DNA of 64,000 nt from Candidatus Melainabacteria bacterium 17Bon1m (GTDB lineage Bacteria; Cyanobacteriota; Vampirovibrionia; Obscuribacterales; Obscuribacteraceae). The notes under the pieces were generated by a model. It worked only from the letters and a program-made list of their open reading frames with translations, did no database searches and was not told the origin of the DNA. The stretch is taken from NCBI GenBank assembly GCA_032128875.1, contig JAVLKG010000004.1, forward strand, positions 640,001 through 704,000, read 5' to 3'. A program made the position numbers and the translations under genes. Each line of letters opens with the position of its first letter. The stretch's first letter is position 1. This document shows, piece after piece, positions 7,825 through 17,693 of this stretch.

Positions 7825-10512
7825 GTGAAACGTCTCAAAGCCATCTCTTGTTCATTGCTTGCAGCATGTGCTCTTTTAACAGCGTTTCAACCCGGACAGG
7901 GGAAGGTGGCATCGCTTTCTCCGGCTGCTGATTCATTCCGTTTGCCGCGAAGCGTCACACCAGAGAGTTACGACCTTTTTATCGATCCGGACTTAGAGAA
8001 AGGAACGTTCAAAGGAACCGAAAACATCGTCCTTAATGCTGTTCAAACAGTAGACAGAATCTATTTGAACTCACATGGACTATCTATAGAAAGCGCCGAA
8101 CTTACCGCTGAAGGTGACAAAAGATCAGGCAAGTCGGCGGCTTCAGTGACTATCGCCAAAAGCGAGCAAGTGGTCACTTTCTTGCTTTCAAAACCTATTG
8201 AACCTGGTAAGTACACCCTTAAGATTTCCTATTCCGGCCGCATGAATGACAAACTCTGCGGCTTCTACAAAGTCAAAGCCAAGGACGGCGAAGGTCATAC
8301 CGTCACTTTAGGCGCCACTCAGATGGAACCGACGGACGCCCGTCGAATGTTTCCATGTTTTGACGAACCTGATTTCAAAGCTACTTTCAAACTGAAAGTC
8401 ACAGTCGATCAAGGCAACACGGCCATTTCGAACAGTGCCGTTTCTCGAGAAGTCAAACAAAAAGGTTCAAGCAAGAGAATTGTCGAGTTTGCACCGACAC
8501 CAAAAATGTCAACCTATCTTGTTGCGCTCTTGGTCGGACCGTTTTCCTCTACTCCTCCATTAGTCGCAAATTCCATACCTATTCGTGTATGGGCGGTTAA
8601 AGGCTCTGAAAAACTCGGGCTCTTCGCGCGCAACCAAGCGGCAAAGATGATGCCGTACTTTCTGAATTACTTCGCTCAACCATATGCCGGCAACAAGCTA
8701 GATTTGATAGCAATTCCAGAGTTCGAAGCTGGTGCGATGGAAAACTTGGGCGCAATTACCTTCAGAGAAGAAACACTTTTAGTCGACGAGAAGAGTGCCT
8801 CCGTTGCCGCTCAAAAGCGTGTTTCAGAGGTGGTAGCCCATGAAATGGCACACCTCTGGTTCGGCGATTTAGTGACTATGAAATGGTGGGACGATCTTTG
8901 GCTGAACGAGGCTTTCGCCACCTGGATGTCTGAAAAGACTGTCGATTATGTGCGCCCAGACTGGCAAACATGGGAGTTTTTCACATTTGATCGCCTTGGC
9001 GCAATGGAAATTGACGAGTTGATGTCGACTCGCTCCATACACGCTGAAGTCAAAAACCCACTCGAAGCAATAGAAATGTTTGACGGCATCACATACAGCA
9101 AAGGTGCTTCTATTCTGCGAATGCTGGAAATATATTTAGGCGAAAAGGTATTTCAAACCGGCGTGCAAAATTACATGCGCGAACACAAATTCGGCAACGC
9201 GACGACGAGCGATTTGTGGAATTCCCTACAAGCAGCCTCCCAAAAACCTGTCTCCGACATCATGTACGCCTGGGTTCATTCTCCTGGCTTTCCTGTTATC
9301 GATGCTCAAAGGAAGGAGAATGGAACTGCGATTCGCCTCGGACAATCGCGATTTGTAATGGACCCTGCTGCCAGGTTAAAACCGGCGAATGCAAACGCTC
9401 TTTGGGCAATACCGGTTTCCTGGCGTTTGCTGAAAACTGACCAGCCGGCTAATCAAAAGCTTAGTTTTCTTCTCTCTTCAAAGACGGCTCCGATGGTCGA
9501 TCTGCCAAAAGATCAAATACCACTTCTGAATGCCCAAGCATCAGGCTATTATCGGGTCAACTATCCAGAAACTTGGCTTCGCGGCCTACTTTCCGCCGGG
9601 TTGGACAAACTGAGTATTGCTGAGCGCATGACGCTTCTGTCCGATCAATGGACTCTAACGTTTGCAGGAATCTCACCACTCGCTAACTATTTCCAATTGT
9701 TCAACGAATACGAATCCCAAATGGATCCGCAGTTGATCGAGATGAGAGTAGAGTGCCTAGATCGACTTTACGGGCTGCTCGACGCGAAAAGTGTTCCAAG
9801 CTTCGAACGATTCGTGCGAAAGCATTTAAATGCAACGGCAACGAAATTTGGTTGGTCATCCAAACCAAATGAAAGCGATTTGATTCGCTCAGCCAGGGGT
9901 GATGTCCTTCTAGCCCTGGGCACGATAGGGCAGGATCCTGCGACGATTGCCGAAGCGCGCAAGCAGTTTAATGTCTATCTTGCGGATTCGAGGAAAGTAG
10001 AACCAGACCTGCTCGATCCAATTTTCAAAATTGTCGCCTTCAACGGCGACGCCAAAGACTATCAAAAGATGGACAACCTCTGGCGCACAGCCAAAACTCC
10101 TGAAGAACGCGTGCGAAGCATGATGTCCCTGCCGTTTTTCAGAAAGCCTGAACTTATCGATCGCACTTTAAAGTTCAGCATTGGAAATGAAATTCGCCTT
10201 CAAGACTCTCCGAAATTGTTGGGCAATATTCTCATAATGCCTCACGCAAAACAGCCGGGCTTCAAGTTTGTCAGAGAGAACTTTGCGCTTATCAAGAAAC
10301 ATCTGCCAATGCCGACGGTACCGCATGTGGTGTGCTCACTAGAATCCATTTGCACGCCACAAGAGGAGAAGGAATATATTCAATTCCTTGCTGCAAATCC
10401 GATTCCAGCGGGACGTAAGCGCATTCAACAAGCATTAGAAACAGTGCACAATCGGGTTAATTTCCGTAATCGTTCGAGTGCGGAATTAGACAAGATTCTG
10501 AGTGGTTTTTAG
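7825..10512 (+). CDS. pepN: M1 family aminopeptidase (puromycin-sensitive/ERAP1-like), exported
   Basis: GAMEN; HEMAH-x18-E (WLNEAFA); YSKG; ERAP1-like C-terminal region; signal peptide. Confidence 0.95.
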   Translation: MKRLKAISCSLLAACALLTAFQPGQGKVASLSPAADSFRLPRSVTPESYDLFIDPDLEKGTFKGTENIVLNAVQTVDRIYLNSHGLSIESAELTAEGDKRSGKSAASVTIAKSEQVVTFLLSKPIEPGKYTLKISYSGRMNDKLCGFYKVKAKDGEGHTVTLGATQMEPTDARRMFPCFDEPDFKATFKLKVTVDQGNTAISNSAVSREVKQKGSSKRIVEFAPTPKMSTYLVALLVGPFSSTPPLVANSIPIRVWAVKGSEKLGLFARNQAAKMMPYFLNYFAQPYAGNKLDLIAIPEFEAGAMENLGAITFREETLLVDEKSASVAAQKRVSEVVAHEMAHLWFGDLVTMKWWDDLWLNEAFATWMSEKTVDYVRPDWQTWEFFTFDRLGAMEIDELMSTRSIHAEVKNPLEAIEMFDGITYSKGASILRMLEIYLGEKVFQTGVQNYMREHKFGNATTSDLWNSLQAASQKPVSDIMYAWVHSPGFPVIDAQRKENGTAIRLGQSRFVMDPAARLKPANANALWAIPVSWRLLKTDQPANQKLSFLLSSKTAPMVDLPKDQIPLLNAQASGYYRVNYPETWLRGLLSAGLDKLSIAERMTLLSDQWTLTFAGISPLANYFQLFNEYESQMDPQLIEMRVECLDRLYGLLDAKSVPSFERFVRKHLNATATKFGWSSKPNESDLIRSARGDVLLALGTIGQDPATIAEARKQFNVYLADSRKVEPDLLDPIFKIVAFNGDAKDYQKMDNLWRTAKTPEERVRSMMSLPFFRKPELIDRTLKFSIGNEIRLQDSPKLLGNILIMPHAKQPGFKFVRENFALIKKHLPMPTVPHVVCSLESICTPQEEKEYIQFLAANPIPAGRKRIQQALETVHNRVNFRNRSSAELDKILSGF

Positions 10513-10597
10513 ATCATTGCGGCAAGAATGTAATCGTCAGTGCGAATTTGAAACATTTACTCGTGGCGTTCGGAAAGTGTTCCAAGACCATATAAAA

Positions 10598-10618
10598 AAG
10601 GCGGCAACCTGCCGCCTT
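10598..10618 (-). promoter_or_regulatory. Hairpin: candidate SECIS element, may also act as intrinsic terminator
   Basis: Minus strand AAGGCGGCA-GGT-TGCCGCCTT then TTTT; loop begins 21 nt after the in-frame TGA at 10633-10631. Confidence 0.55.
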
Positions 10619-10624
10619 GAAGAA

Positions 10625-11116
10625 CTAGTTTCAGCCACCGCCGCCGCCTCCACCGCCGCCGCCCCAACTGCGACCTCCAGTGGATAAACGCGCAAACAGA
10701 TTGCCTTGACCTGCATAAGTTCGACTGGCTGCGTATCTCTCAACCTGGCTATAGCCAACAGCAGCCAAATATTTCAGCTGCGGATCTTTTGAAAAGCTGG
10801 AGACGACCTGATAGTGCTGAGCGGCCTGAGCCAACTGATTCATATTGTGGAAGCAGTAGGCAATGTAATAGTGCGTTTTGTCTCGACAATATCCATTTCG
10901 ATCCAAGCGATCGAAAATCTCATAAGCATCCTTGTACTTCTTGTCATAGACGAGCCTAACCGCCTTATAAAACTCAGGTGGATAGGTTGCCGCCTTCGAT
11001 GATTTCTTTCCCTTTTTACCCTTAGCTTCGGCGTCATTACCGGAAGGCATGATTCCCTGACTTGCGACAACCACAAGCAACACTGCTGCATAGACAAGCG
11101 AACGATTCTGTTTCAT
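10625..11116 (-). CDS. Exported TPR protein with poly-Gly tail; candidate selenoprotein (...WG10-U-N*)
   Basis: Signal peptide, TPR helices, Gly10, then TGA-AAC-TAG and a SECIS-like hairpin. The CDS ends at 10631 if TGA is a true stop. Confidence 0.8.
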
Positions 11117-11158
11117 TGACTTTCCACTTCGGCAACTTGGTAGCGTTCACATTGAGCC

Positions 11159-11179
11159 CGGGCGGCAACCTGCTGCCCG
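11159..11179 (-). promoter_or_regulatory. Hairpin: candidate SECIS element
   Basis: Minus strand CGGGCAGCA-GGT-TGCCGCCCG with one A-C mismatch and no U-tract; loop begins 23 nt after the in-frame TGA at 11196-11194. Confidence 0.55.
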
Positions 11180-11187
11180 CAAATCAA

Positions 11188-11712
11188 CTACCGTCAGCCA
11201 CGTGGGCCGCAATCTGCGGCACTGGAGCCTCCCCCGCCCCATGGACCTGCTGCGTTGCTGGGTCCTGTAGACATTCGAGCAAAGAGATTTCCCTGCCCCG
11301 CATAAGTGCGATTCTTTGCGTATTTTGCTACCTGCCCATAACCGACTGCAGCTAGATATTTAAGCTGCGGGTCTTTGGAAAAGCTGTATACGACTTGATA
11401 GTGCTGTGCTGCTTCCTGCAGTTGATTCATGTTGTGTTTGCAAAGACCCATGTAATAGTGAGTCTTATCACGGCAAAAACCATTTCGGTCCAGGCGATCG
11501 AATATATCGAAGGCGTCCTTGTATTTCTTCTCGTAGACAACCAGCTTAATAGCGTCGTTGAACTCGGGCGGGTACGGAGGAAGCTTTTTTGCAGCCTGAG
11601 CCTTTCCTTTCTTCGCTTTGGCCTCTGCAATCTGCCCAAAAGGCGAAATGCCCTGATTGACGAAAAGAATCGTCAACATTCCAGCAAGAAGGGACAAATG
11701 ATTGGATTTCAC
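11188..11712 (-). CDS. Exported TPR protein, tandem paralog; candidate selenoprotein (...DCGPRG-U-R*)
   Basis: Shares YPPEF, FDRLDRNG.CRDKTHYY, DPQLKYLAAVGY and RTYAGQGNLFAR with its neighbour; ends GGC-TGA-CGG-TAG plus hairpin. The CDS ends at 11194 if TGA is a true stop. Confidence 0.8.
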
Positions 11713-11819
11713 GTTTTTGGGTGGCCCGAGCTACATCTACCATCTAAGCATATTGCCGAAAAGGGAGTGTTTGTAAACCCCCACCCCTTTCTTTTATTAA
11801 TGTCAGGTAACCTTCGAAA

Positions 11820-13067
11820 CTACTCCAAGATGTTCAGCAGTTCAAGGCAAAGGCTGTTCCAGCTCATGAACTGGGGCGCAAATAATGGTTCTCCCGTATC
11901 TGCGTGATAGTTCTCAAATAAGGTACCTTTCGCTTCAAGTCCGGTCGCTAGGGTGTTAACAACCAACTCTGCGACCTTTTGAGCATCTTTGTTGAACTTT
12001 TCGCGCACCAGCGCGCGAGCAATCAGGGCATTGGGCAAAACCCACATCGGTCCCTGCCAGTTAGAACAGATGACACGCCCATACAATCCGCGCTTTGCCT
12101 GATTGTACAAAGGCTCGGAAGCAGCAACACTTGCAATGCCCGCGCTTCTAAGGAAGTGATCGCTCGACATGATGTTCTTCTCGATTACGGCTTGAGTGCG
12201 TTCGTTATTAGTAGTCCCCATAATCACAGGACAGAGGCCAGTCCATGCTCTCAGACGGCAATGCTGCTTTGTTTTTGGATCATAGTTGTAATAGATTGAA
12301 TCTTCTTGCGACCAGAGCAACGAGTCTATTTTTTCAGCAAGAGCAGTCGCCTTGGCGTCATATTCGGCAGCCAATTTTTCGTTGCCGCCAATTTTTGCCA
12401 GCTCATTCATGGCTCGAAATTCTGCAACCAGATACGCATTTATGTCAGCTGCAAGCAGCCGTCCATCAGGGAAATTGGCGATGTCATCATTCTCGCCTTT
12501 GGCTGCTTCGAGTGGATAGAGCAGCGCCAGATTATCGTCTACACCGCTTTCCAAAACGTTTCGCCAGAAATACAATCCACTCTCGTGCTTGCGTTTTGCA
12601 TCGAAATATTTGAGATAACAATCCAACCCTTCCAAATGTCGATTGTCTATTGATGCAGATTTTGTACTCTGCTTTGCGGCAAAAAGGAGAGTCTGTGCAA
12701 GAAACGGTTTGCACTGGTCGCCGTTGTCCCAAATGCGACTGGGGGAAACAGTGCGCGGAACATGACCATCGCCTTCCTGAAGGCTGAGGAAGTTTTCCAC
12801 TACATCTTGAGCGAGCCCTTCTATACCGGCTTTCACAGATGCCTGTGCAAAAAAGCACGCGTCCCAGTCGTACATCTGCAAATAGTGACCGGTCAAAGAG
12901 CGATCGGAGACTTCACTCGAGTCATCAGCGCCCGCAACCACGTCATAAGATGGTGTCACAAAGCGATGTTTCAGCAAGCCTTTCGGATCATGAATACAGC
13001 TTTTAGCCTTTTCCAGAAAAAATCCCTTCAACTTTTTCGCTTGCGCTGTTGTCGAAGCTGTCGGCAT
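11820..13067 (-). CDS. Trehalase-like (GH63/MGH1-type) glycoside hydrolase
   Basis: MYDWD, KPFLAQ, ESGVDDN, NWQGPMW and ENYHADTG motifs of (alpha/alpha)6 glycosidases. Confidence 0.8.
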   Translation of the reverse strand: MPTASTTAQAKKLKGFFLEKAKSCIHDPKGLLKHRFVTPSYDVVAGADDSSEVSDRSLTGHYLQMYDWDACFFAQASVKAGIEGLAQDVVENFLSLQEGDGHVPRTVSPSRIWDNGDQCKPFLAQTLLFAAKQSTKSASIDNRHLEGLDCYLKYFDAKRKHESGLYFWRNVLESGVDDNLALLYPLEAAKGENDDIANFPDGRLLAADINAYLVAEFRAMNELAKIGGNEKLAAEYDAKATALAEKIDSLLWSQEDSIYYNYDPKTKQHCRLRAWTGLCPVIMGTTNNERTQAVIEKNIMSSDHFLRSAGIASVAASEPLYNQAKRGLYGRVICSNWQGPMWVLPNALIARALVREKFNKDAQKVAELVVNTLATGLEAKGTLFENYHADTGEPLFAPQFMSWNSLCLELLNILE

Positions 13068-13088
13068 TTCGTTCTCCTCTCGTGAAAT

Positions 13089-15893
13089 TTAGCCCGTGCT
13101 TTGCAGTCCTGAAGCCACACCGGTAATGCTCATTAGCACGTAATCTAACAGTGCTTGACGGTCGCAAACATCGGATTTAGCGTCGATTCCTCTGACCTTC
13201 TTCAAAAATTGAACTTGCAGGTAGCTAACCGGATCTACATATGGATTACGCAACTCAATAGACTTTCTTAGATAGAGCGTACTGTCCAGAAGTTCCGACT
13301 GTCTTGAAATTGAAAGGATAGCCTCGCGTGTCCAACTGAATTCTTCTTCAATGCGGCTGAAATACTCATCTTTCAACTTCTTAGACTCAACGAGATTGTC
13401 TGCGTAGTACCGCGCGATTTCAAGGTCGGCTACGGCAAGCGCAGTTTCGATTTTCTTTACTAACCCAGTGAAGAATGGCCAGTCCGAATACATCGCGCGC
13501 ATTGTTTCTAACGCCGCAGGATCACCTTCGGTTACTTGATGATAGGCCGAGCCAAACCCGTACCAGCCAGGCAGCATGAATCGACTTTGTGTCCAGGCAA
13601 AAACCCAAGGAATCGCGCGCAAATCGTCAATTGATTGGCTGCCGGACTTTCTACGTGCTGGACGCGAGCCCATTCGCAACTCTCCAATTTCCGGCAACGG
13701 TGTTGTCTGGTGGAAGAATTCGATGAAATCCTTCGAGCCGTGAACGAGTTCTCTATAGGCTGTAAACGACTTTGCCGAAAGCGACTCCAGAAGTGGCATA
13801 CGCTCTTTGTAAATCGATTCGGATTTCTCGTCAAAACTATCAATACTCGCTTCGATTACTGCAGCAGCCAGCCGGTCGAAGTTTCTCACGGCAATATCAT
13901 TCATCGCGTACTTCGCAGCGATTACTTCGCCCTGCTCAGTTATCTTGATGCGATGATCGACAGTGCCCTCTGGTTGAGCAAGAATGGCTCTGTGAGTAGG
14001 TCCGCCACCACGTCCGATGGTGCCGCCTCGACCATGAAAAAGTCGAAGCTGAATGCCTTCCTTGCGCCCGAATTGAACAAGTGCTCGCTGCGCTTTATAC
14101 AATTCCCAATTCGCAGCCGTAATTCCGCCATTTTTGCCGGAGTCGCTGTACCCAATCATCACTTCCTGAAGATTGGATCTGCTCTTCAAATAATTCTTGT
14201 ATGCGCCAACTTGCAACAGTGCTTCGAACAGCTTCGGTGCGTTCTGCAAGTCTTCGATTGTTTCAAACAGCGGCACCACACTTATCGTGCGATCGCTTTT
14301 TTCCACACTGTACAACCCTGCTTCCTTTGCAAAAAGAAGGATCGCAAGCAAATCACTTTTGCTCTGCGTCATGCTGACTATATAAGTATCAATCGCAGGA
14401 ATGCCAAATTTGTCCTGGAGCGCAGTCATCGTGCGAAAAACTTCGATCGTTTGATTTGTCGACTCGGAAAACTGAGGATGAGCCGGAATTAGAGGTCGGG
14501 GATTTTCGATTTCTTTGGCAAGGAAAGAAACTTTCTCGTCCTCGCTCAGCCCGCGATAGCCGCCTTCAATCAGCTTCAGCGATTTACTGATTTCGTCGAG
14601 GGCATCAAGATGTCGCTCACTGTGCTGGCGTACGTCGAGTTTTGCCAGGTGAAATCCGAAGATATCGACTGCATAAAGCATCTTCTTTAGGCTCGTCAAA
14701 CTAGCAATGCAGCCGTTCGACTCCAGCGCGCCATAAATCATATTGAGTTCACTGCGAAACTCTAAATGGTGCTGATATGCTCCAGGTTCGCCGGATGAAT
14801 TCAAAGCACGACGCAATTTCTCTTGTATAAAGAGCAGCTTCTGTCGGACTTCCTCGAGACGATAGCGATCTCTGTACCTTTCATCAAGCTCTGGGAATAG
14901 AACGCGGTCTTGCTCGAGCGACGCATAGAACTCGTCGTCCATTTTGAGCCAATTTTGTGAGTGGCTCAAGTCGTTGAAGAGCGTTTCCATCTCTTTCATG
15001 TAATGCTTAAGAACCAGCGAGCGCTGGTAATTAAGTGTCTTTACCGTCACTTCCGGAGTGACGAAAGGATTGCCGTCACGGTCGCCGCCGATCCAAGAGC
15101 CAAATGTTATGAACCGCCGACTCTGTAGCGGATTCCACTTTTGCTCACCGGACAATTTGTCCAACTCCAAAACAAGGTCGTGGTGAACATCAAGAATCGC
15201 GCGAATAACAACATTCTCGAAGTGATAGAGCCCATAGCGAACTTCATCCATCACCTGAGGCTTGAAATAAATGACGTGGTCGGTCATCCATAACGATTCG
15301 ATGACCTTTAACAAATCGTCCGTAACAGCTTTCGTTTCTCGACGCGAAAGAGGTGGATGATCACGTCGCTTCAGAAGCCTCGCCAATTCAAGCTGTTTGA
15401 TTAAAACCGTTCGCCGGGTAATTTCAGTTGGGTGAGCAGTGAAAACAACTTGCACGTCCAGTTTGGAAATCGCTTGCTGCAGCTTCTCTTTTCCGTCTTT
15501 GCTGTTTTCCATCCGGTGAAAAACGCTTGTTAGCGAATCAGGCTCGGGACGGTCGTTTGCTTCATGCTCTCTTTGGGTGCGGCGACGCACGCGATGATTT
15601 TGCTCGGCGATGTTGATGAGATCAAAATACGTAAGAAAAGCTTTGATAACCTTTCCAGACGTTTCAACATCAAGACTTTCTACAAGCTCCGACAACTCTT
15701 TTTGTATTTCCGGCGTCGGATTGTTGTGTATTGATTTCGACAGCAGCCTGAATCGCTCGACTACATCAAAGAGCTTGTCGCCTTCGAAACGCCGAATTGT
15801 GTCGCCTAGTAAACTGCCGAGCAGGCGAACATCTTCACGCAGCGGACGATCACGGTCGTCGGTCTTTTCTTTGCTAACGCTAGATGAGCTCAT
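13089..15893 (-). CDS. ppc: Phosphoenolpyruvate carboxylase
   Basis: VFTAHPTE, SWIGGDRDGNP, QEVMIGYSDSGK, FHGRGGTIGRGGG, LRAIPWVFAWTQ. Confidence 0.98.
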   Translation of the reverse strand: MSSSSVSKEKTDDRDRPLREDVRLLGSLLGDTIRRFEGDKLFDVVERFRLLSKSIHNNPTPEIQKELSELVESLDVETSGKVIKAFLTYFDLINIAEQNHRVRRRTQREHEANDRPEPDSLTSVFHRMENSKDGKEKLQQAISKLDVQVVFTAHPTEITRRTVLIKQLELARLLKRRDHPPLSRRETKAVTDDLLKVIESLWMTDHVIYFKPQVMDEVRYGLYHFENVVIRAILDVHHDLVLELDKLSGEQKWNPLQSRRFITFGSWIGGDRDGNPFVTPEVTVKTLNYQRSLVLKHYMKEMETLFNDLSHSQNWLKMDDEFYASLEQDRVLFPELDERYRDRYRLEEVRQKLLFIQEKLRRALNSSGEPGAYQHHLEFRSELNMIYGALESNGCIASLTSLKKMLYAVDIFGFHLAKLDVRQHSERHLDALDEISKSLKLIEGGYRGLSEDEKVSFLAKEIENPRPLIPAHPQFSESTNQTIEVFRTMTALQDKFGIPAIDTYIVSMTQSKSDLLAILLFAKEAGLYSVEKSDRTISVVPLFETIEDLQNAPKLFEALLQVGAYKNYLKSRSNLQEVMIGYSDSGKNGGITAANWELYKAQRALVQFGRKEGIQLRLFHGRGGTIGRGGGPTHRAILAQPEGTVDHRIKITEQGEVIAAKYAMNDIAVRNFDRLAAAVIEASIDSFDEKSESIYKERMPLLESLSAKSFTAYRELVHGSKDFIEFFHQTTPLPEIGELRMGSRPARRKSGSQSIDDLRAIPWVFAWTQSRFMLPGWYGFGSAYHQVTEGDPAALETMRAMYSDWPFFTGLVKKIETALAVADLEIARYYADNLVESKKLKDEYFSRIEEEFSWTREAILSISRQSELLDSTLYLRKSIELRNPYVDPVSYLQVQFLKKVRGIDAKSDVCDRQALLDYVLMSITGVASGLQSTG

Positions 15894-16897
15894 CGCTCTC
15901 CATTCAGACAGTTATCCCAGTCAGATGCGAAATCGAGAATCTTCTCTTTCAAGCTTTTCAAAACGTTGGAGCGTTTCATCGCCCAATTGATTTCTTTCAT
16001 GTTGTCGCCCTTCATTGCGGCGATACCAACCTGTTCGAGAAACGCCAATTCTTTGTCCACATCACCAACAACCTGCATGCACAGGTTTGCAACTTGCTGG
16101 CTGTTCTGCCGGAATTGTTCTGGAATACCGGGCTTTCCACTTCCCTTCGGAGCGGCAGACACTTGCGGGGCTGCACCGCCGCGACGCATCTCAAGGAAGT
16201 CAGCTTCAGACAAAAGCCACTTGCTCTCGTCCGCATCGTAAGAGCGATCAGGATCGATCTGCTCTTCTGCATGCGTTGCAATAGAAAACTCCTCTGTGTC
16301 CGAGGCCTCTTTGCGCGCTACTTTGATCACCTGTCCAAAAATGCGCTTCGCCAACTGACCTATGTTTGCGCTGGAAAGACCGCGGCCTAGCAGCGAACGG
16401 CTGGTGTGACCATCTTCGGTCGTTTCTATAATCTGCATGTACGGCTTGCGATTCGGATCACCCGGTCGAAACCCTATGAGAATGTCGGTCGGAACCACGA
16501 ACACCAGGATTTTGCCCATATACGCCTGAACAACAATTGCCCATTCACGGGTCGAGACGTGACCCTGGAAATATTTGACGTTGTGGGAGAAACGGCTGAA
16601 ATCTTTGAACTCGTACTCGCCTTTTGGGCGCTCGCAGTGAACCTTTAGCGATTCGTGAATAGGATTTTTGTTAAACTCGGCGACATAACGGCTGAGATAG
16701 TCGAATAACAGGTCTACATAGGCGCTGGTACTCAGGTTCTCCGCCTCGGGAGCTGCCTGCAGGTGCAAGGTCTGGTCTGCTTGCAAAGCGCTCGAATCAA
16801 GAACCGACAGCCACTGCCGAGTTTCCTCACTGGCATTGCGATCTTTGACATTGCCCAAAATCATATTTCTAAGATCGCTTTCGCTCGTGTCTGTCAT
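15890..16897 (-). CDS. Hypothetical protein translationally coupled to ppc
   Basis: 335-aa ORF whose stop overlaps the ppc start (ATGA). Confidence 0.75.
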   Translation of the reverse strand: MTDTSESDLRNMILGNVKDRNASEETRQWLSVLDSSALQADQTLHLQAAPEAENLSTSAYVDLLFDYLSRYVAEFNKNPIHESLKVHCERPKGEYEFKDFSRFSHNVKYFQGHVSTREWAIVVQAYMGKILVFVVPTDILIGFRPGDPNRKPYMQIIETTEDGHTSRSLLGRGLSSANIGQLAKRIFGQVIKVARKEASDTEEFSIATHAEEQIDPDRSYDADESKWLLSEADFLEMRRGGAAPQVSAAPKGSGKPGIPEQFRQNSQQVANLCMQVVGDVDKELAFLEQVGIAAMKGDNMKEINWAMKRSNVLKSLKEKILDFASDWDNCLNGER

Positions 16898-16948
16898 CTC
16901 TTAACTTTCTCCGCGTACGACGAGGGTGAATTATATCTCATCACCTAA

Positions 16949-17644
16949 TTACTTTTTGCCTTCCCATTCCTGCAGAAATCTTTCTACAAACTCTTCCACG
17001 TACTTATGCCTTTCTTCCGCTAGAGCGCGAGCAGAGTCGGTGTTGAGGCGGTCTTTCAGCAGGAAAATCTTTTCGTAGAAGTGATTCAAGGTAGTGCCTT
17101 TCGCTTTCTTGTATTCCTCGAACGTTTGATGCATGACCGGTGGTTGGTCGGGATCGTACATTTGACGATCGAACTTGCCGCCATAGGCAAAAGTACGAGC
17201 AATGCCAATGGCGCCCAAAGCGTCCAAACGATCGGCATCTTGAACGACTTTCCCTTCTACTGACTCGGGCGTGGTCGTCACTCCAGCGCCTTTGTAGGAG
17301 ACCTCTTTGATGATCGCTGCTACCTTTTCAATCGTTTCTTTTGACTCACCAAGCGATTGCAGCCACTCGGAAGCTACTCGCGGTCCTACGCTCAAGTCAC
17401 CGTCGTGAAACTTCCAATCAGCTATGTCATGCAGGAGAGCGGCCAGCTCCGCCACATAGACATCTGCGCCCTCTTCTTCAGCCAGACGCACGGCCAGCGC
17501 TCTGACGCGCATGATGTGGAAATAGTCGTGTCCGGACGCTTCTTCACCCAAAGTGTCTTTGACGAGCTGGACAGTCTTTTCGACAGTTTGCGTCTGCTCG
17601 CTAGTAAGAGTTGTTGAGTTCTTCTGAACCTTTGAGCTAGTCAC
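16949..17644 (-). CDS. HD-domain phosphohydrolase (YedJ-like)
   Basis: GHDYFH, ALLHDIAD, VQDADRLDALGAIGIARTF, NHFYEK. Confidence 0.93.
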   Translation of the reverse strand: MTSSKVQKNSTTLTSEQTQTVEKTVQLVKDTLGEEASGHDYFHIMRVRALAVRLAEEEGADVYVAELAALLHDIADWKFHDGDLSVGPRVASEWLQSLGESKETIEKVAAIIKEVSYKGAGVTTTPESVEGKVVQDADRLDALGAIGIARTFAYGGKFDRQMYDPDQPPVMHQTFEEYKKAKGTTLNHFYEKIFLLKDRLNTDSARALAEERHKYVEEFVERFLQEWEGKK

Positions 17645-17693
17645 CCGCTCCTCCTCATGTGTATGAATTTTGTTGTTTTGTCAAAATATTCAA

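Noticed and set aside
13635-14492. 285-aa plus-strand ORF
   Set aside because: Antisense to ppc, with no recognisable motifs
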